A stretch of DNA of 64,000 nt, taken from NCBI GenBank assembly GCA_950097015.1, contig CATNEN010000001.1, positions 18,724,001-18,788,000 of the forward strand, in the 5' to 3' direction. The DNA comes from Macrostomum hystrix. Lineage: Eukaryota > Animalia > Platyhelminthes. The notes beneath the pieces are model-generated. The model was not told the origin of the DNA, did not search any database, and saw only the letters and a program-made list of their open reading frames with translations. The translations under genes were made by a program, and so were the position numbers. Shown here one piece after another: positions 1-14,678 of the stretch (the first letter of the stretch is position 1; every line of letters begins with the position of its first letter).

Positions 1-3000
1 TGCTATTCAATACAGCTGTTAGATAAATATGTTACACAACTCTGCTATTGAATACAGCTGTTAGATAAATGTGTTACACAACTCTGCTACTCAATACAGC
101 TGTTAGATAAATGTTACACAACTCTGCTATTCAATACAGCTGTTAGATAAATGTTACACAACTCTGCTATTCAATACAGCTGATAGATAAATGTTACACA
201 ACTCTGCTATTCAGTACAGCTGTTAGATAATTGTGTTACACAACTCTGCTATTCAGTACAGCTGTTAGATAATTGTGTAACACAACTCTGCTATTCAATA
301 CAGCTGTTAGATAAATGTGTTACACAACTCTGCTATTCAGTACAGCTGTTAGATAATTGTGTAACACAACTCTGCTATTCAATACAGCTGTTAGATAATT
401 GTGTTACACAACTCTGCTATTCAATACAGCTGTTAGATAAATGTGTTACACAAATCTGCTATTCAATACAGCTGTTAGATAAATATGTTACACAACTCTG
501 CTATTGAATACAGCTGTTAGATAAATGTGTTACACAACTCTGCTACTCAATACAGCTGTTAGATAAATGTTACACAACTCTGCTATTCAATACAGCTGTT
601 AGATAAATGTTACACAACTCTGCTATTCAATACAGCTGATAGATAAATGTTACACAACTCTGCTATTCAGTACAGCTGTTAGATAATTGTGTTACACAAC
701 TCTGCTATTCAATACAGCTGTTAGATAAATGTTACACAACTCTGCTATTCAATACAGCTGTTAGATAATTGTGTTACACAACTCTGCTATTCAATACAGC
801 TGTTAGATAAATGTGTTACACAACTCTGCTATTCAATACAGCTGTTAGATAAATATGTTACACAACTCTGCTATTGAATACAGCTGTTAGATAAATGTGT
901 TACACAACTCTGCTACTCAATACAGCTGTTAGATAAATGTTACACAACTCTGCTATTCAATACAGCTGTTAGATAAATGTTACACAACTCTGCTATTCAA
1001 TACAGCTGATAGATAAATGTTACACAACTCTGCTATTCAGTACAGCTGTTAGATAATTGTGTTACACAACTCTGCTATTCAATACAGCTGTTAGATAATT
1101 GTGTTACACAACTCTGCTATTCAATACAGCTGTTAGATAAATGTGTTACACAAATCTGCTATTCAATACAGCTGTTAGATAAATATGTTACACAACTCTG
1201 CTATTGAATACAGCTGTTAGATAAATGTGTTACACAACTCTGCTACTCAATACAGCTGTTAGATAAATGTTACACAACTCTGCTATTCAATACAGCTGTT
1301 AGATAAATGTTACACAACTCTGCTATTCAATACAGCTGATAGATAAATGTTACACAACTCTGCTATTCAGTACAGCTGTTAGATAATTGTGTTACACAAC
1401 TCTGCTATTCAGTACAGCTGTTAGATAATTGTGTAACACAACTCTGCTATTCAATACAGCTGTTAGATAAATGTGTTACACAACTCTGCTATTCAGTACA
1501 GCTGTTAGATAATTGTGTAACACAACTCTGCTATTCAATACAGCTGTTAGATAAATGTGTTACACAAATCTGCTATTCAATACAGCTGTTAGATAATTGT
1601 GTTACACAACTCTGCTATTCAATACAGCTGTTAGATAAATGTGTTACACAAATCTGCTATTCAATACAGCTGTTAGATAAATGTGTTACACAACTCTGCT
1701 ATTCAATACAGCTGTTAGATAAAGGTGTTACACAACTCTGCTATTCAATACAGCTGTTAGATAAATGTCTTACACAACTATGCTATTCTGTACCGCTGTT
1801 AGATAATTGTGTTACACAACTCTGCTATTCTGTACGGCTGTTAGATAATTGTGTTACACAACTATGCTATTCTGTACCGCTGTTAGATAATTGTGTTACA
1901 CAACTCTGCTATTCTGTACGGCTGTTAGAAAATTGTGTTACACAACTCTGCTACTCAATACAGCTGTTAGATAAATGTTACACAACTCTACTATTCAATA
2001 CAGCTGTTAGATAAATGTTACACAACTCTGCTATTCAATACAGCTGTTAGATAAATGTTACACAACTCTGCTATTCAATACAGCTGTTAGATAATTGTGT
2101 TACACAACTCTGCTATTCAATGCAGCTGTTAGATAAAGGTGTTACACAACTCTGCTATTCAGTAGAGCTGTTAGATAAATGTGTTACACAACTCTGCTAT
2201 TCTGTACGGCTGTTAGATAATTGTGTTACACAACTCTGCTATTCTGTATGGCTGTTAGATAATTGTGTTACACAACTCTGCTATTCTGTACGGCTGTTAG
2301 ATAAATGTTACACAACTCTGCTATTCAATACAGCTGTTAGATAAATGTTACACAACTCTGCTATTCAATACAGCTGTTAGATAAATGTTACACAACTCTG
2401 CTATTCAATACAGCTGTTAGATAATTGTGTTACACAACTCTGCTATTCAGTACAGCTGTTAGATAAATGTTACACAACTCTGCTATTCAGTACAGCTGTT
2501 AGATAATTGTGTTACACAACTCTGCTATTCAATACAGCTGTTAGATAATTGTGTTACACAACTCTGCTATTCAATACAGCTGTTAGATAAATGTGTTACA
2601 CAACTCTGCTATTCAATACAGCTGTTAGATAAATGTGTTACACAACTCTGCTATTCTGTACGGCTGTTAGATAATTGTGTTACACAACTCTGCTATTCAA
2701 TACAGCTGTTAGATAAATGTTACACGTACAACTCTGCTATTCAATACAGCTGATAGATAAATGTTACACAACTCTGCTATTCAATACAGCTGTTAGATAA
2801 TTGTGTTACACAACTCTGCTATTCAGTACAGCTGTTAGATAAATGTGTTACACAACTCTGCTATTCAATACAGCTGTTAGATAATTGTGTTACACAACTC
2901 TGCTATTCAATGCAGCTGTTAGATAAAGGTGTTACACAACTCTGCTATTCAGTAGAGCTGTTAGATAAATGTGTTACACAACTCTGCGATTCTGTACGGC

Positions 3001-6000
3001 TGTTAGATAATAGTGTTACACAACTCTGCTATTCAGTACAGCTGTTAGATAAATGTGTTACACAACTCTGCTATTCAGTACAGCTGTTAGATAATTGTGT
3101 TACACAACTCTGCTATTCAATACAGCTGTTAGATAAATGTTACACAACTCTGCTATTCAATACAGCTGTTAGATAAATGTTACACAACTCTGCTATTCAA
3201 TACAGCTGTTAGATAATTGTGTTACACAACTCTGCTATTCAGTACAGCTGTTAGATAAATGTTACACAACTCTGCTATTCAGTACAGCTGTTAGATAATT
3301 GTGTTACACAACTCTGCTATTCAATACAGCTGTTAGATAATTGTGTTACACAACTCTGCTATTCAATACAGCTGTTAGATAAATGTGTTACACAACTCTG
3401 CTATTCAATACAGCTGTTAGATAAATGTGTTACACAACTCTGCTATTCTGTACGGCTGTTAGATAATTGTGTTACACAACTCTGCTATTCAATACAGCTG
3501 TTAGATAAATGTTACACGTACAACTCTGCTATTCAATACAGCTGATAGATAAATGTTACACAACTCTGCTATTCAATACAGCTGTTAGATAATTGTGTTA
3601 CACAACTCTGCTATTCAGTACAGCTGTTAGATAAATGTGTTACACAACTCTGCTATTCAATACAGCTGTTAGATAATTGTGTTACACAACTCTGCTATTC
3701 AATGCAGCTGTTAGATAAAGGTGTTACACAACTCTGCTATTCAGTAGAGCTGTTAGATAAATGTGTTACACAACTCTGCGATTCTGTACGGCTGTTAGAT
3801 AATAGTGTTACACAACTCTGCTATTCAGTACAGCTGTTAGATAAATGTGTTACACAACTCTGCTATTCAAGTACAGCTGTTAGATAATTGTGTTACACAA
3901 CTCTGCTATTCAATACAGCTGTTAGATAAATGTTACACAACTCTGCTATTCAATACAGCTGTTAGATAATTGTGTTACACAACTCTGCTATTCAGTACAG
4001 CTGTTAGATAAATGTTACACAACTCTGCTATTCAGTACAGCTGTTAGATAATTGTGTTACACAACTCTGCTATTCAATACAGCTGTTAGATAATTGTGTT
4101 ACACAACTCTGCTATTCAATACAGCTGTTAGATAAATGTGTTACACAACTCTGCTATTCAATACAGCTGTTAGATAAATGTGTTACACAACTCTGCTATT
4201 CTGATACAGGCTGTTAGATAATGTGTTACACAACTCTGCTATTCAATACAGCTGTTAGATAAATGTTACACGTACAACTCTGCTATTCAATACAGCTGAT
4301 AGATAAATGTTACACAACTCTGCTATTCAATACAGCTGTTAGATAATTGTGTTACACAACTCTGCTATTCAGTACAGCTGTTAGATAATGTGTTACACAA
4401 CTCTGCTATTCAGTACAGCTGTTAGATAATTGTGTTACACAACTCTGCTATTCAATGCAGCTGTTAGATAAAGGTGTTACACAACTCTGCTATTCAGTAG
4501 AGCTGTTAGATAAATGTGTTACACAACTCTGCTATTCTGTACGGCTGTTAGATAATAGTGTTACACAACACTGCTATTCAGTACAGCTGTTAGATAATAG
4601 TGTTACACAACTATGCTATTCAATACAGCTGTTAGATAAATGTTACACAACTCTGCTATTCAAGTACAGCTGTTAGATAATAGTGTTACACAACTCTGCT
4701 ATTCAATACAGCTGTTAGATAAATGTTACACAACTCTGCTATTCAGTACAGCTGTTAGATAAATTGTTACACAAGTCTGCTATTCATGTACAGCTGTTAG
4801 ATAATGTTTACACAACTCTGCTATTCAGTACAGCTGTTAGATAATTGTGTTACACAACTCTGCTATTCAGTACAGCTGTTAGATAATGTGTTACACAACT
4901 CTGCTATTCAATACAGCTGTTAGATAAATGTGTTACACAACTCTGCTATTCAATACAGCTGTTAGATAATGTGTACACAACTCTGCTATTCTGTACAGCT
5001 GTTAGATAATTGTGTTACACAACTCTGCTATTCAATACAGCTGTTAGATAATTGTGTTACACAACTCTGCTATTCAATACAGCTGTTAGATAAATGTGTT
5101 ACACAACTCTGCTATTCAATACAGCTGTTAGATAAATGTGTTACACAACTCTGCTATTCTGTACGGCTGTTAGATAATTGTGTTACACAACTCTGCTATT
5201 CAATACAGCTGTTAGATAAATGTTACACGTACAACTCTGCTATTCAATACAGCTGATAGATAAATGTTACACAACTCTGCTATTCAATACAGCTGTTAGA
5301 TAATTGTGTTACACAACTCTGCTATTCAGTACAGCTGTTAGATAAATGTGTTACACAACTCTGCTATTCAGTACAGCTGTTAGATAAATGTGTTACACAA
5401 CTATGCTATTCAATACAGCTGTTAGATAAATGTGTTACACAACTCTGCTATTCTGTACGCTGTTAGATAATTGTGTTACACAACTCTGCTATTCAATACA
5501 GCTGTTAGATAATTGTGTTACACAACTCTGCTATTCAATACAGCTGTTAGATAAATGTTACACAACTCTGCTATTCAGTACAGCGTGTTAGATAAATGTT
5601 ACACAAGTCTGCTATTCTGTACAGCTGTTAGATAAATGTTTACACAACTCTGCTATCAGTACAGCTGTTAGATAAATTGTGTACAACAACTCTGCTATTC
5701 AGTACAGCGTGTAGATAATTGTGTTACACAACTCTGCTATTCAATACAGCTGTTAGATAAATGTGTTACACAACTCTGCTATTCAATACAGCTGTTAGAT
5801 AAATGTGTTACACAACTCTGCTATTCTGTACGGCTGTTAGATAATGGTGTTACACAACTCTGCTATTCAATACAGCTGTTAGATAATTGTGTTACACAAC
5901 TCTGCTATTCAATACAGCTGTTAGATAAATGTGTTACACAACTCTGCTATTCAATACAGCTGTTAGATAAATGTGTTACACAACTCTGCTATTCTGTACG

Positions 6001-8885
6001 GCTGTTAGATAATTGTGTTACACAACTCTGCTATTCAATACAGCTGTTAGATAAATGTTACACGTACAACTCTGCTATTCAATACAGCTGATAGATAAAT
6101 GTTACACAACTCTGCTATTCAATACAGCTGTTAGATAATTGTGTTACACAACTCTGCTATTCAGTACAGCTGTTAGATAAATGTGTTACACAACTCTGCT
6201 ATTCAGTACAGCTGTTAGATAATTGTGTTACACAACTCTGCTATTCAATGCAGCTGTTAGATAAAGGTGTTACACAACTCTGCTATTCAGTAGAGCTGTT
6301 AGATAAATGTGTTACACAACTCTGCTATTCTGTACGGCTGTTAGATAATAGTGTTACACAACACTGCTATTCAGTACAGCTGTTAGATAATAGTGTTACA
6401 CAACTATGCTATTCAATACAGCTGTTAGATAAATGTTACACAACTCTGCTATTCAGTACAGCTGTTAGATAATAGTGTTACACAACTCTGCTATTCAATA
6501 CAGCTGTTAGATAAATGTTACACAACTCTGCTATTCAGTACAGCTGTTAGATAAATGTTACACAAGTCTGCTATTCTGTACAGCTGTTAGATAAATGTTA
6601 CACAACTCTGCTATTCAGTACAGCTGTTAGATAATTGTGTTACACAACTCTGCTATTCAGTACAGCTGTTAGATAATTGTGTTACACAACTCTGCTATTC
6701 AATACAGCTGTTAGATAAATGTGTTACACAACTCTGCTATTCAATACAGCTGTTAGATAAATGTGTTACACAACTCTGCTATTCTGTACGGCTGTTAGAT
6801 AATTGTGTTACACAACTCTGCTATTCAATACAGCTGTTAGATAATTGTGTTACACAACTCTGCTATTCAATACAGCTGTTAGATAAATGTGTTACACAAC
6901 TCTGCTATTCAATACAGCTGTTAGATAAATGTGTTACACAACTCTGCTATTCTGTACGGCTGTTAGATAATTGTGTTACACAACTCTGCTATTCAATACA
7001 GCTGTTAGATAAATGTTACACGTACAACTCTGCTATTCAATACAGCTGATAGATAAATGTTACACAACTCTGCTATTTAATACAGCTGTTAGATAATTGT
7101 GTTACACAACTCTGCTATTCAGTACAGCTGTTAGATAAATGTGTTACACAACTCTGCTATTCAGTACAGCTGTTAGATAAATGTGTTACACAACTATGCT
7201 ATTCAATACAGCTGTTAGATAAATGTGTTACACAACTCTGCTATTCTGTACGGCTGTTAGATAATTGTGTTACACAACTCTGCTATTCAATACAGCTGTT
7301 AGATAATTGTGTTACACAACTCTGCTATTCAATACAGCTGTTAGATAAATGTTACACAACTCTGCTATTCAGTACAGCTGTTAGATAAATGTTACACAAG
7401 TCTGCTATTCTGTACAGCTGTTAGATAAATGTTACACAACTCTGCTATTCAGTACAGCTGTTAGATAATTGTGTTACACAACTCTGCTATTCAGTACAGC
7501 TGTTAGATAATTGTGTTACACAACTCTGCTATTCAATACAGCTGTTAGATAAATGTGTTACACAACTCTGCTATTCAATACAGCTGTTAGATAAATGTGT
7601 TACACAACTCTGCTATTCTGTACGGCTGTTAGATAATTGTGTTACACAACTCTGCTATTCAATACAGCTGTTAGATAATTGTGTTACACAACTCTGCTAT
7701 TCAATACAGCTGTTAGATAAATGTGTTACACAACTCTGCTATTCAATACAGCTGTTAGATAAATGTGTTACACAACTCTGCTATTCTGTACGGCTGTTAG
7801 ATAATTGTGTTACACAACTCTGCTATTCAATACAGCTGTTAGATAAATGTTACACGTACAACTCTGCTATTCAATACAGCTGATAGATAAATGTTACACA
7901 ACTCTGCTATTCAATACAGCTGTTAGATAATTGTGTTACACAACTCTGCTATTCAGTACAGCTGTTAGATAAATGTGTTACACAACTCTGCTATTCAGTA
8001 CAGCTGTTAGATAATTGTGTTACACAACTCTGCTATTCAATGCAGCTGTTAGATAAAGGTGTTACACAACTCTGCTATTCAGTAGAGCTGTTAGATAAAT
8101 GTGTTACACAACTCTGCTATTCTGTACGGCTGTTAGATAATAGTGTTACACAACTCTGCTATTCAGTACAGCTGTTAGATAATAGTGTTACACAACTATG
8201 CTATTCAATACAGCTGTTAGATAAATGTTACACAACTCTGCTATTCAGTACAGCTGTTAGATAATAGTGTTACACAACTCTGCTATTCAATACAGCTGTT
8301 AGATAAATGTTACACAACTCTGCTATTCAGTACAGCTGTTAGATAAATGTTACACAAGTCTGCTATTCTGTACAGCTGTTAGATAAATGTTACACAACTC
8401 TGCTATTCAGTACAGCTGTTAGATAATTGTGTTACACAACTCTGCTATTCAGTACAGCTGTTAGATAATTGTGTTACACAACTCTGCTATTCAATACAGC
8501 TGTTAGATAAATGTGTTACACAACTCTGCTATTCAATACAGCTGTTAGATAAATGTGTTACACAACTCTGCTATTCTGTACGGCTGTTAGATAATTGTGT
8601 TACACAACTCTGCTATTCAGTACAGCTGTTAGATAATTGTGTTACACAACTCTGCTATTCAATACAGCTGTTAGATAAATGTGTTACACAACTCTGCTAT
8701 TCAATACAGCTGTTAGATAAATGTGTTACACAACTCTGCTATTCTGTACGGCTGTTAGATAATTGTGTTACACAACTCTGCTATTCAATACAGCTGTTAG
8801 ATAAATGTGTTACACAACTCTGCTATTCTGTACGGCTGTTAGATAATTGTGTTACACAACTCTGCTATTCAGTACAGCTGTTAGT
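1..8885. repeat. 40/42-bp tandem satellite with higher-order repeat structure (runs off the window start)
   Basis: Unit tgctattcaatacagctgttagataaat(gt)gttacacaactc repeated continuously to ~8885. The short ORFs here are translations of the repeat. Confidence 0.98.
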
Positions 8886-9367
8886 CGGGTAGTTTCTACA
8901 TAATGCTCTGTAATTAACCTCGTTTTCCATCAGTTTTTTCACCAGAGTGCTATGTGCAAGTGCACAACTATGCAATAAGAGAAAAAGTCTAGTAATGTTT
9001 TAAGAATCACTTGATAAGCGCTGGAAGCTTATCTTTAGAGATGGAAATTAAACATCTACTGAGTCTATTTGTATTTATAGTTAGTTGAATGAAGCACATA
9101 TATTAAAAAAATCTACATACGAATCCTATAGAGGTTATATTTAAGTAAAAAGTGGCGTTATAAAAAAGCAATTTTTTACCATTTATAGACATTGCTACAG
9201 TCGGTTTCTGGGTAGAGAAAAGCGAAATCTAGAAAACAATTGGCTACAAAAATAGGTACACTGCTGATGAAAGCGGACAGTGCAAACAATTTTAACAAAA
9301 ACCACCACTTAGACTACTGTCAGTAGCTCGAAGGCAAAGTTTTTTCTTCCTAGCGATCAAAATTCAT

Positions 9368-11799
9368 TCAATTCTGCTTGGCGTGCAGCTGGGCCGAATC
9401 GCCGGCCTCCTCCGTGTCCGAGTACTCTGCCGGCGCCTCGCCCGGCTTCAGCAGCTTGCCAACAATGTCATATTTCTCTGGAAAGTGCGAACACGCATTA
9501 GAGGAGGGTTAATCAGTGCGAGATCAGGGAATAGAGAGATGGGAGAGAAAATAGAGGGCAGATGAGGGGAAAAAGAGGCGAGAGAGGGGAGAGAAGGAAG
9601 AGGAGAGAGAGGGAAGAGGGGAGAGAAGGAATAGGAGAGAGAAGGAAGAGGAGAGAGAAGGAAGAGGAGAGAGAAGGAAGAGGGGAGAGAAGGAAGAGGG
9701 GAGAGAAGGAAGAGGGGAGAGAAGGAAGAGGAGAGAGAAGGAAGAGGAGAGAGAAGAAAGAGGAGAGAGAGGGAAGAGGGGAGAGAAGGAAGAGGGGAGA
9801 GAAGGAATAGGGGAGAGAAGGAATAGGGGAGAGAAGGAATAGGGGAGAGAAGGAATAGGGGAGAGAAGGAATAGGGGAGAGAAGGAAGAGGGGAGAGAAG
9901 GAATAGGGGAGAGAAGGAATAGGGGAGAGAAGGAATAGGGGAGAGAAGGAATAGGGGAGAGAAGGAATAGGGGAGAGAAGGAAGAGGTGAGAAAAGGAAT
10001 AGGGGAGAAATTAGCAATTGAAGTGAGCAGCACCTCACCCTTAAACTGCTGCTCCCAGTTGTCTAAGCTCTCGACTTGAAAGCTGTCTAGATCACTGAGA
10101 TCATCCACTTCATCCTTGAAGGCATCCTTGTTTAGTGAGAAAGTGGCCAAAGCACGCGATGCATCCCTGCCAGCTAAATCTTCATATGGACCACCTGAGG
10201 GACCATTTAGGTTGAATGACTGTCATTTGTCATGCATCTAAGCTTTAATTTTCATTTTTTTCAGAAAAGTGTTAAATGCCAATGGGATTATACTACTTAA
10301 AATATTGGAATAAAAAATGTAAGTATTACTTCATAGACTAAAAATATAATTTCAACAACTACTCATTAATATTATCCAGAATACAATATTTTTTTAATAT
10401 CTTTTATAAAATAATAGATTCATTGTTGATTATATTTCAGTTTCTTGCTCAATAATATTTTATGCCATGTTATGCAATTTTGAGTCAAGTTGTAAAATGT
10501 GAGTCAGAGATTCTCAGAAAGGATCACTGATAATCAGCAATAAGACAGTACAGAAGGTGGTCAAATTTTGGCTCATCTACATACATGCGGAACACCCAGC
10601 TGACCTGGCTGAACCGGCCAGGTGAAACGAGGGCCAAGCAATGTAAGTCACAAAAACCAATCGACCAAACGAAAAAAAATCAAAGGGGGCACCAAGGGAC
10701 AAAAAAGGAAGGCGTGAAGAAGACTAAAAAGGGGAGAGAAAAAGAGAGCAAATGAGAGCAAACTAAGTTCTAAATAGAGCAAAAACTAAGTCGCATGGCC
10801 AGCTAAGATTTTGGAGGTTGCACATATATGCTCATCTAAATAGCCATAGGGCAAATGTCCAAATAACAGCTAGTTGCCACACACAATAGTTGGTTTTGTT
10901 TTAACACATGAAAATCTAATTAATAAAAAATTGTTTAGTATATTTCTATGCTGAAAAGTGAAAAGAATTAAATTAACTACTAATAAGTCTACTTAGCCTA
11001 GGCCTAGTTAACAAATATAAGGCTTACATGTGCTTTAAAGGGCTTAAAAATAATTACTAAATTTTAGAAACCTTAAGAAATTTCTAGAAGCTAAAAATTT
11101 GTTTTTTTTTATATAATGCTTCCATTTCTTGTTATTTATTGTCCTAACAGTTAAATATGAAGACTAGTCGCTTTTTTATTTGTGGCAATTATGTTGAATT
11201 ATACAAGTGCCAAATTATTATCCTTCAAAGCTGTGTGAACCCACACAAATTCCTGCAGGTAGGCATTGAAGATGCTATCAATGGGGCCATGCATTGTTTA
11301 GAATTTGGCCTTGCAAAGAGGCCACATGCATTTGACTTAAACAAGTGTTCTTATGGGCATCACAGTTGTTGGAGTCAAGGAAGTCTACTGTTTGACATTG
11401 AACATTGGCCATTGAACATATGTCTATAGATAAGAAAGTAAATTTGACTTTGGGAGATTCAAATTAGCCAAAAAAGAATTAAGTTCATTTTTACTTACCA
11501 GGACCATAGAAATCCCGGCCTCTATTGCTCACATCAAAAACTGTCCCTCGAATAGCAATCAGAATTCGCTTCTCCTCGTTATCGATTCCATTGTACCTAG
11601 CCAGCTCTTGTCGAGTAAAGTCTCTCCTCTTCATCTTAGGCAAGCGGTTAGACTTCGGAGGTGGAAGCTTTTTTGTTGATCGACCAGAAAATATTTTATA
11701 AGCGAGAAACGCACAAAGACCAACTAACGCAAGATTTAGCGGGCTAGAAAGCTCCGACAAAAGTGAATTAGCAATGCTTTTGATTCGGTCCATAATCAT
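9368..11799 (-). CDS. PGRMC1: Membrane-associated progesterone receptor (MAPR/PGRMC-like, cytochrome b5-like heme/steroid-binding domain), 3 exons, ~188 aa
   Basis: Exons 11799-11499, 10194-10039, 9477-9368 with GT-AG sites and consistent phases. N-terminal TM, then [91 protein letters not shown]1 vs PGRMC2 cannot be distinguished. Confidence 0.93.
9525..10010. repeat. Purine-rich minisatellite (gaaggaataggggaga-like) in PGRMC intron 2
   Basis: Tandem ~16-bp GA-rich units between two exons. Confidence 0.9.
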
Positions 11800-12973
11800 T
11801 TCAGGGTCAAATTAAGATTCGAAAAAAATTTACGAGAAAGTGCAGTATTATTACTATTACATATTAGCTGAATCAACAGTTGACTGAGTTCCAAGAAAAA
11901 TATCACCGCATTTTTTAAACTATTTTTTAAAACAATGCATATATTTGCCATTATTCTTAACGTTTAGGTATCATGCTTCTCTGCTGTTGAGTAAGCTAAA
12001 GTATATAGTTATAAAAAATATGGCCAGTCTTTTATGCATTGATATTGTCAGTGTTTTCGGTGTACCGGCTTTGAAATGCACTTGATAATGATGCCTAAAA
12101 TTATATAATATGATAATTTCATTCACTCGAGTCCATAACGGATACAATAAATGGACAAAACGAGCAGCTATTGACGTTTCAAGTTACCCGAAACACATTT
12201 TCAATCGCACACTGATGTCAGCTATAATCAGTTGACTTTTCACGTTGGCAGCGTGATTACATTACATTCTACCAAAAAAGCAAAGATTAGACGAATGGTA
12301 GCTTGCTGACATAATATATGTAAGATTTGTAAAATTGAGACATTTATCATTGTAACTTTTAATTCCCAATGCATGTTTGGGCTTAATACTAGTGATAGCG
12401 AAAATCTAAACAGAATTACCGCCTTTAACATATAGCAGAGTTCCGTAACATATATTAATTGTTTTATTATAGTATGTCCCGTTCAGTGTAGTCCCACTTC
12501 ACTCTTGAAAAGGTAAGCAACCAAAAAAGCAAAGCAACTCGCGAGCGCATCGTTGAGCAACGCTGAGCTACAACGGCTGGTGCTATTGGAGCAGCTCAAA
12601 TACTTCAAGCTGAAGAACAGAAGGCTGCAGGAGAGTTGAAGCCTGGCAATGTCAACCAGAACAGGCAGCTGATGAGCTCATCAGCTGACTAATGGCCGCC
12701 AATGGAAGAAGTTTATTACTGCACTGGTTCAATCACAACTGATAACAGCAATAAACGATAAACTATAAAAATATTTCACTATGTTATGTAACTGTTTTTT
12801 ATTGTCATTCATTCTTACCTGTTATTAGTTTGACAAATAATGTACAATAAAAGTGACTTAAAGAATGTCAACTAAATCGCTGGAACTGGAACAAGTAAAT
12901 AAGTGAATGGAACGGTACTATATCTAATTAGTAAGTAAGTAGTCACGAACAAGCAGCTGCAGATGCGACTTAA

Positions 12974-14311
12974 GCCGTAGGAATAAAGTGAGCAATTGCT
13001 AATGAGTAATGAGGCAGCATGTTGCATCATGCTCTGGGCAATTTCCAATCGGCGTCTTATGCCGGCCGCCCTGCGTTGATCCGCCGTAGCATCGTTGTGT
13101 TCCTCTAACTCCAGAACATCCAAGTCAACGTCAACAGCTTCATCTTCTGTTGCGCGATCGTTCAGTTCCTTCGCAATGTTGTGTAGCACGCAGCACGCAG
13201 CACGCCAAGATGTAAGTTGGCACCCGCTCCAGACTCACTCGAATCATGTACTGCAGAATGGTAAATCTTCGCTTCAGCTGGCCAAATGCGTTTTCGATTA
13301 CCACGCGGGCTCTAGAGTGAGCAGCATTGAAATTCCTCTCCAACGGGATGTTTGGATCGCTGAATGGCTTCATCAGAAACGGCGCAATGCCATAGCCTTC
13401 GTCACCAAGCAAGACGATACCCTGGCGATTGGTCAAGTCCGCATAGATATATGCTGGAGTTTTTTTAAATGCGGTGGTCATGCACTGACCCAGGCCACGA
13501 GGCGTCAATGCTTGTAAACTTGCACTGGACGTCGCACGTTGTCTGGACGTTGATGGATGCAAACCCCTTCCGATTGACGTACTCGTTTCCGATCATGCCA
13601 CTGGGCTTCTCTAATGCGTACGTGGGTGCAGTCAATCGCCCCAATAGCAGCCCAATAGATACTTAAATCGTTCGAACCAGTCCTGCTTTGCGTCATGAAT
13701 AGTAATCGGAGTCTCGGTTGGCCACTTGATCCAGGAGCTTGCATCCGTGCAAACACTTTGCACCACTTCCCATGCAGTCTTTGAAACAGTTGTCTGATGA
13801 ACACCGAATTCGCTCGCGATGCCGCTCTGAGATCCTGGATTCGCCAAGTACCTAAGGGTCATTTCCATTCGTTGCATCGGTTGTACGGCACCGCCTGGGG
13901 TTTCTCTGCGGTCACCAAGAAATCGCTGCGCTAGAAACTCCACGCTCGCACGCGAAAAGCGAAACAACTTCTTTATTCATCCTCGCGAAAAGCATGCATC
14001 GTACGTCTCTCCAAGAATAATTTCATTTGGGCAGGTGCCCTTTCTGGAAGAAACTTACTTACTCGTACTATGCTAACAGAGCAGTAGGAAAGTATGATGC
14101 TGAATGGGCGCTGAGCACGCTGCCGACTTGACAGAGTTTATCCTTGCTGACGCGAGTCTCTACTCAGTCACAGAGCAATTGCTCGAGGGGTGAACACTAA
14201 CTCTTGAGACAATCATGCTGAGCATTTGCTCAGCAGCAAGCACTCACTTTATTTATTATGAATTGAGAATCTCGTAGACTTTGAGCAATTGCTCACTTTA
14301 TTCATACGGCC
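12974..14311 (-). mobile_element. Decayed PIF/Harbinger DNA transposon with ~27-bp TIRs
   Basis: gccgtaggaataaagtgagcaattgct (12974-13000) matches the reverse complement of agcaattgctcactttattcatacggc (14284-14310) with 1 mismatch. TTA lies just left of the left end; the right flank is an imperfect TSD. Encloses a HARBI1-like transposase. Confidence 0.8.
13000..14030 (-). pseudogene. Frameshifted Harbinger (HARBI1/DDE_Tnp_4-like) transposase
   Basis: Fragments across frames: FRFSR..TLRYLA..GVHQTTVSK..IKWP; [10 protein letters not shown]; LLGDEGYG..LMKPF..FNAAHSRARVVIENAFGQLKRRFTIL; CCV/LHNIA. Confidence 0.88.
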
Positions 14312-14678
14312 TATTGATCCATATTTTTAGAGAGAGCAAGGAATTCTTTATATTCCTATCTGAAGTACTCGTTGTTCGGCTTATTCCGATGATTACTTGC
14401 GAGATCAAATTTATTGACAGACTGTCTATGGTATATATTCCCCATTTATTTTGTTGTCTAGCGGGCAAAAGCAAGAGGTGTCTCATTTATTGACCGAGGC
14501 GAAGCCTCGGTCAATGATCGAGACCCCGAGTGCTTTTGGCCCTAGACAGCTAAATGAGTAGGGATGTATCACCCGTTCGGTATGTTGGCTGCTAGCGGGG
14601 ATGAGGGGGCAGATTGCTCGCTGGGGGTGAGGGGGCGAAGCCCCCACATTTAGGCCACAGAAAATTTTTACAGAAAAC

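Noticed and set aside
2120-8264. Repeated MQLLDKGVTQLCYS ORFs; CRISPR-like appearance
   Set aside because: Pure tandem satellite with no unique spacers and no cas genes; the ORFs are repeat translations.
9448-10150. LFLLSP-repeat ORFs
   Set aside because: Intronic purine repeat; only 10039-10194 and 9368-9477 are real PGRMC exons.
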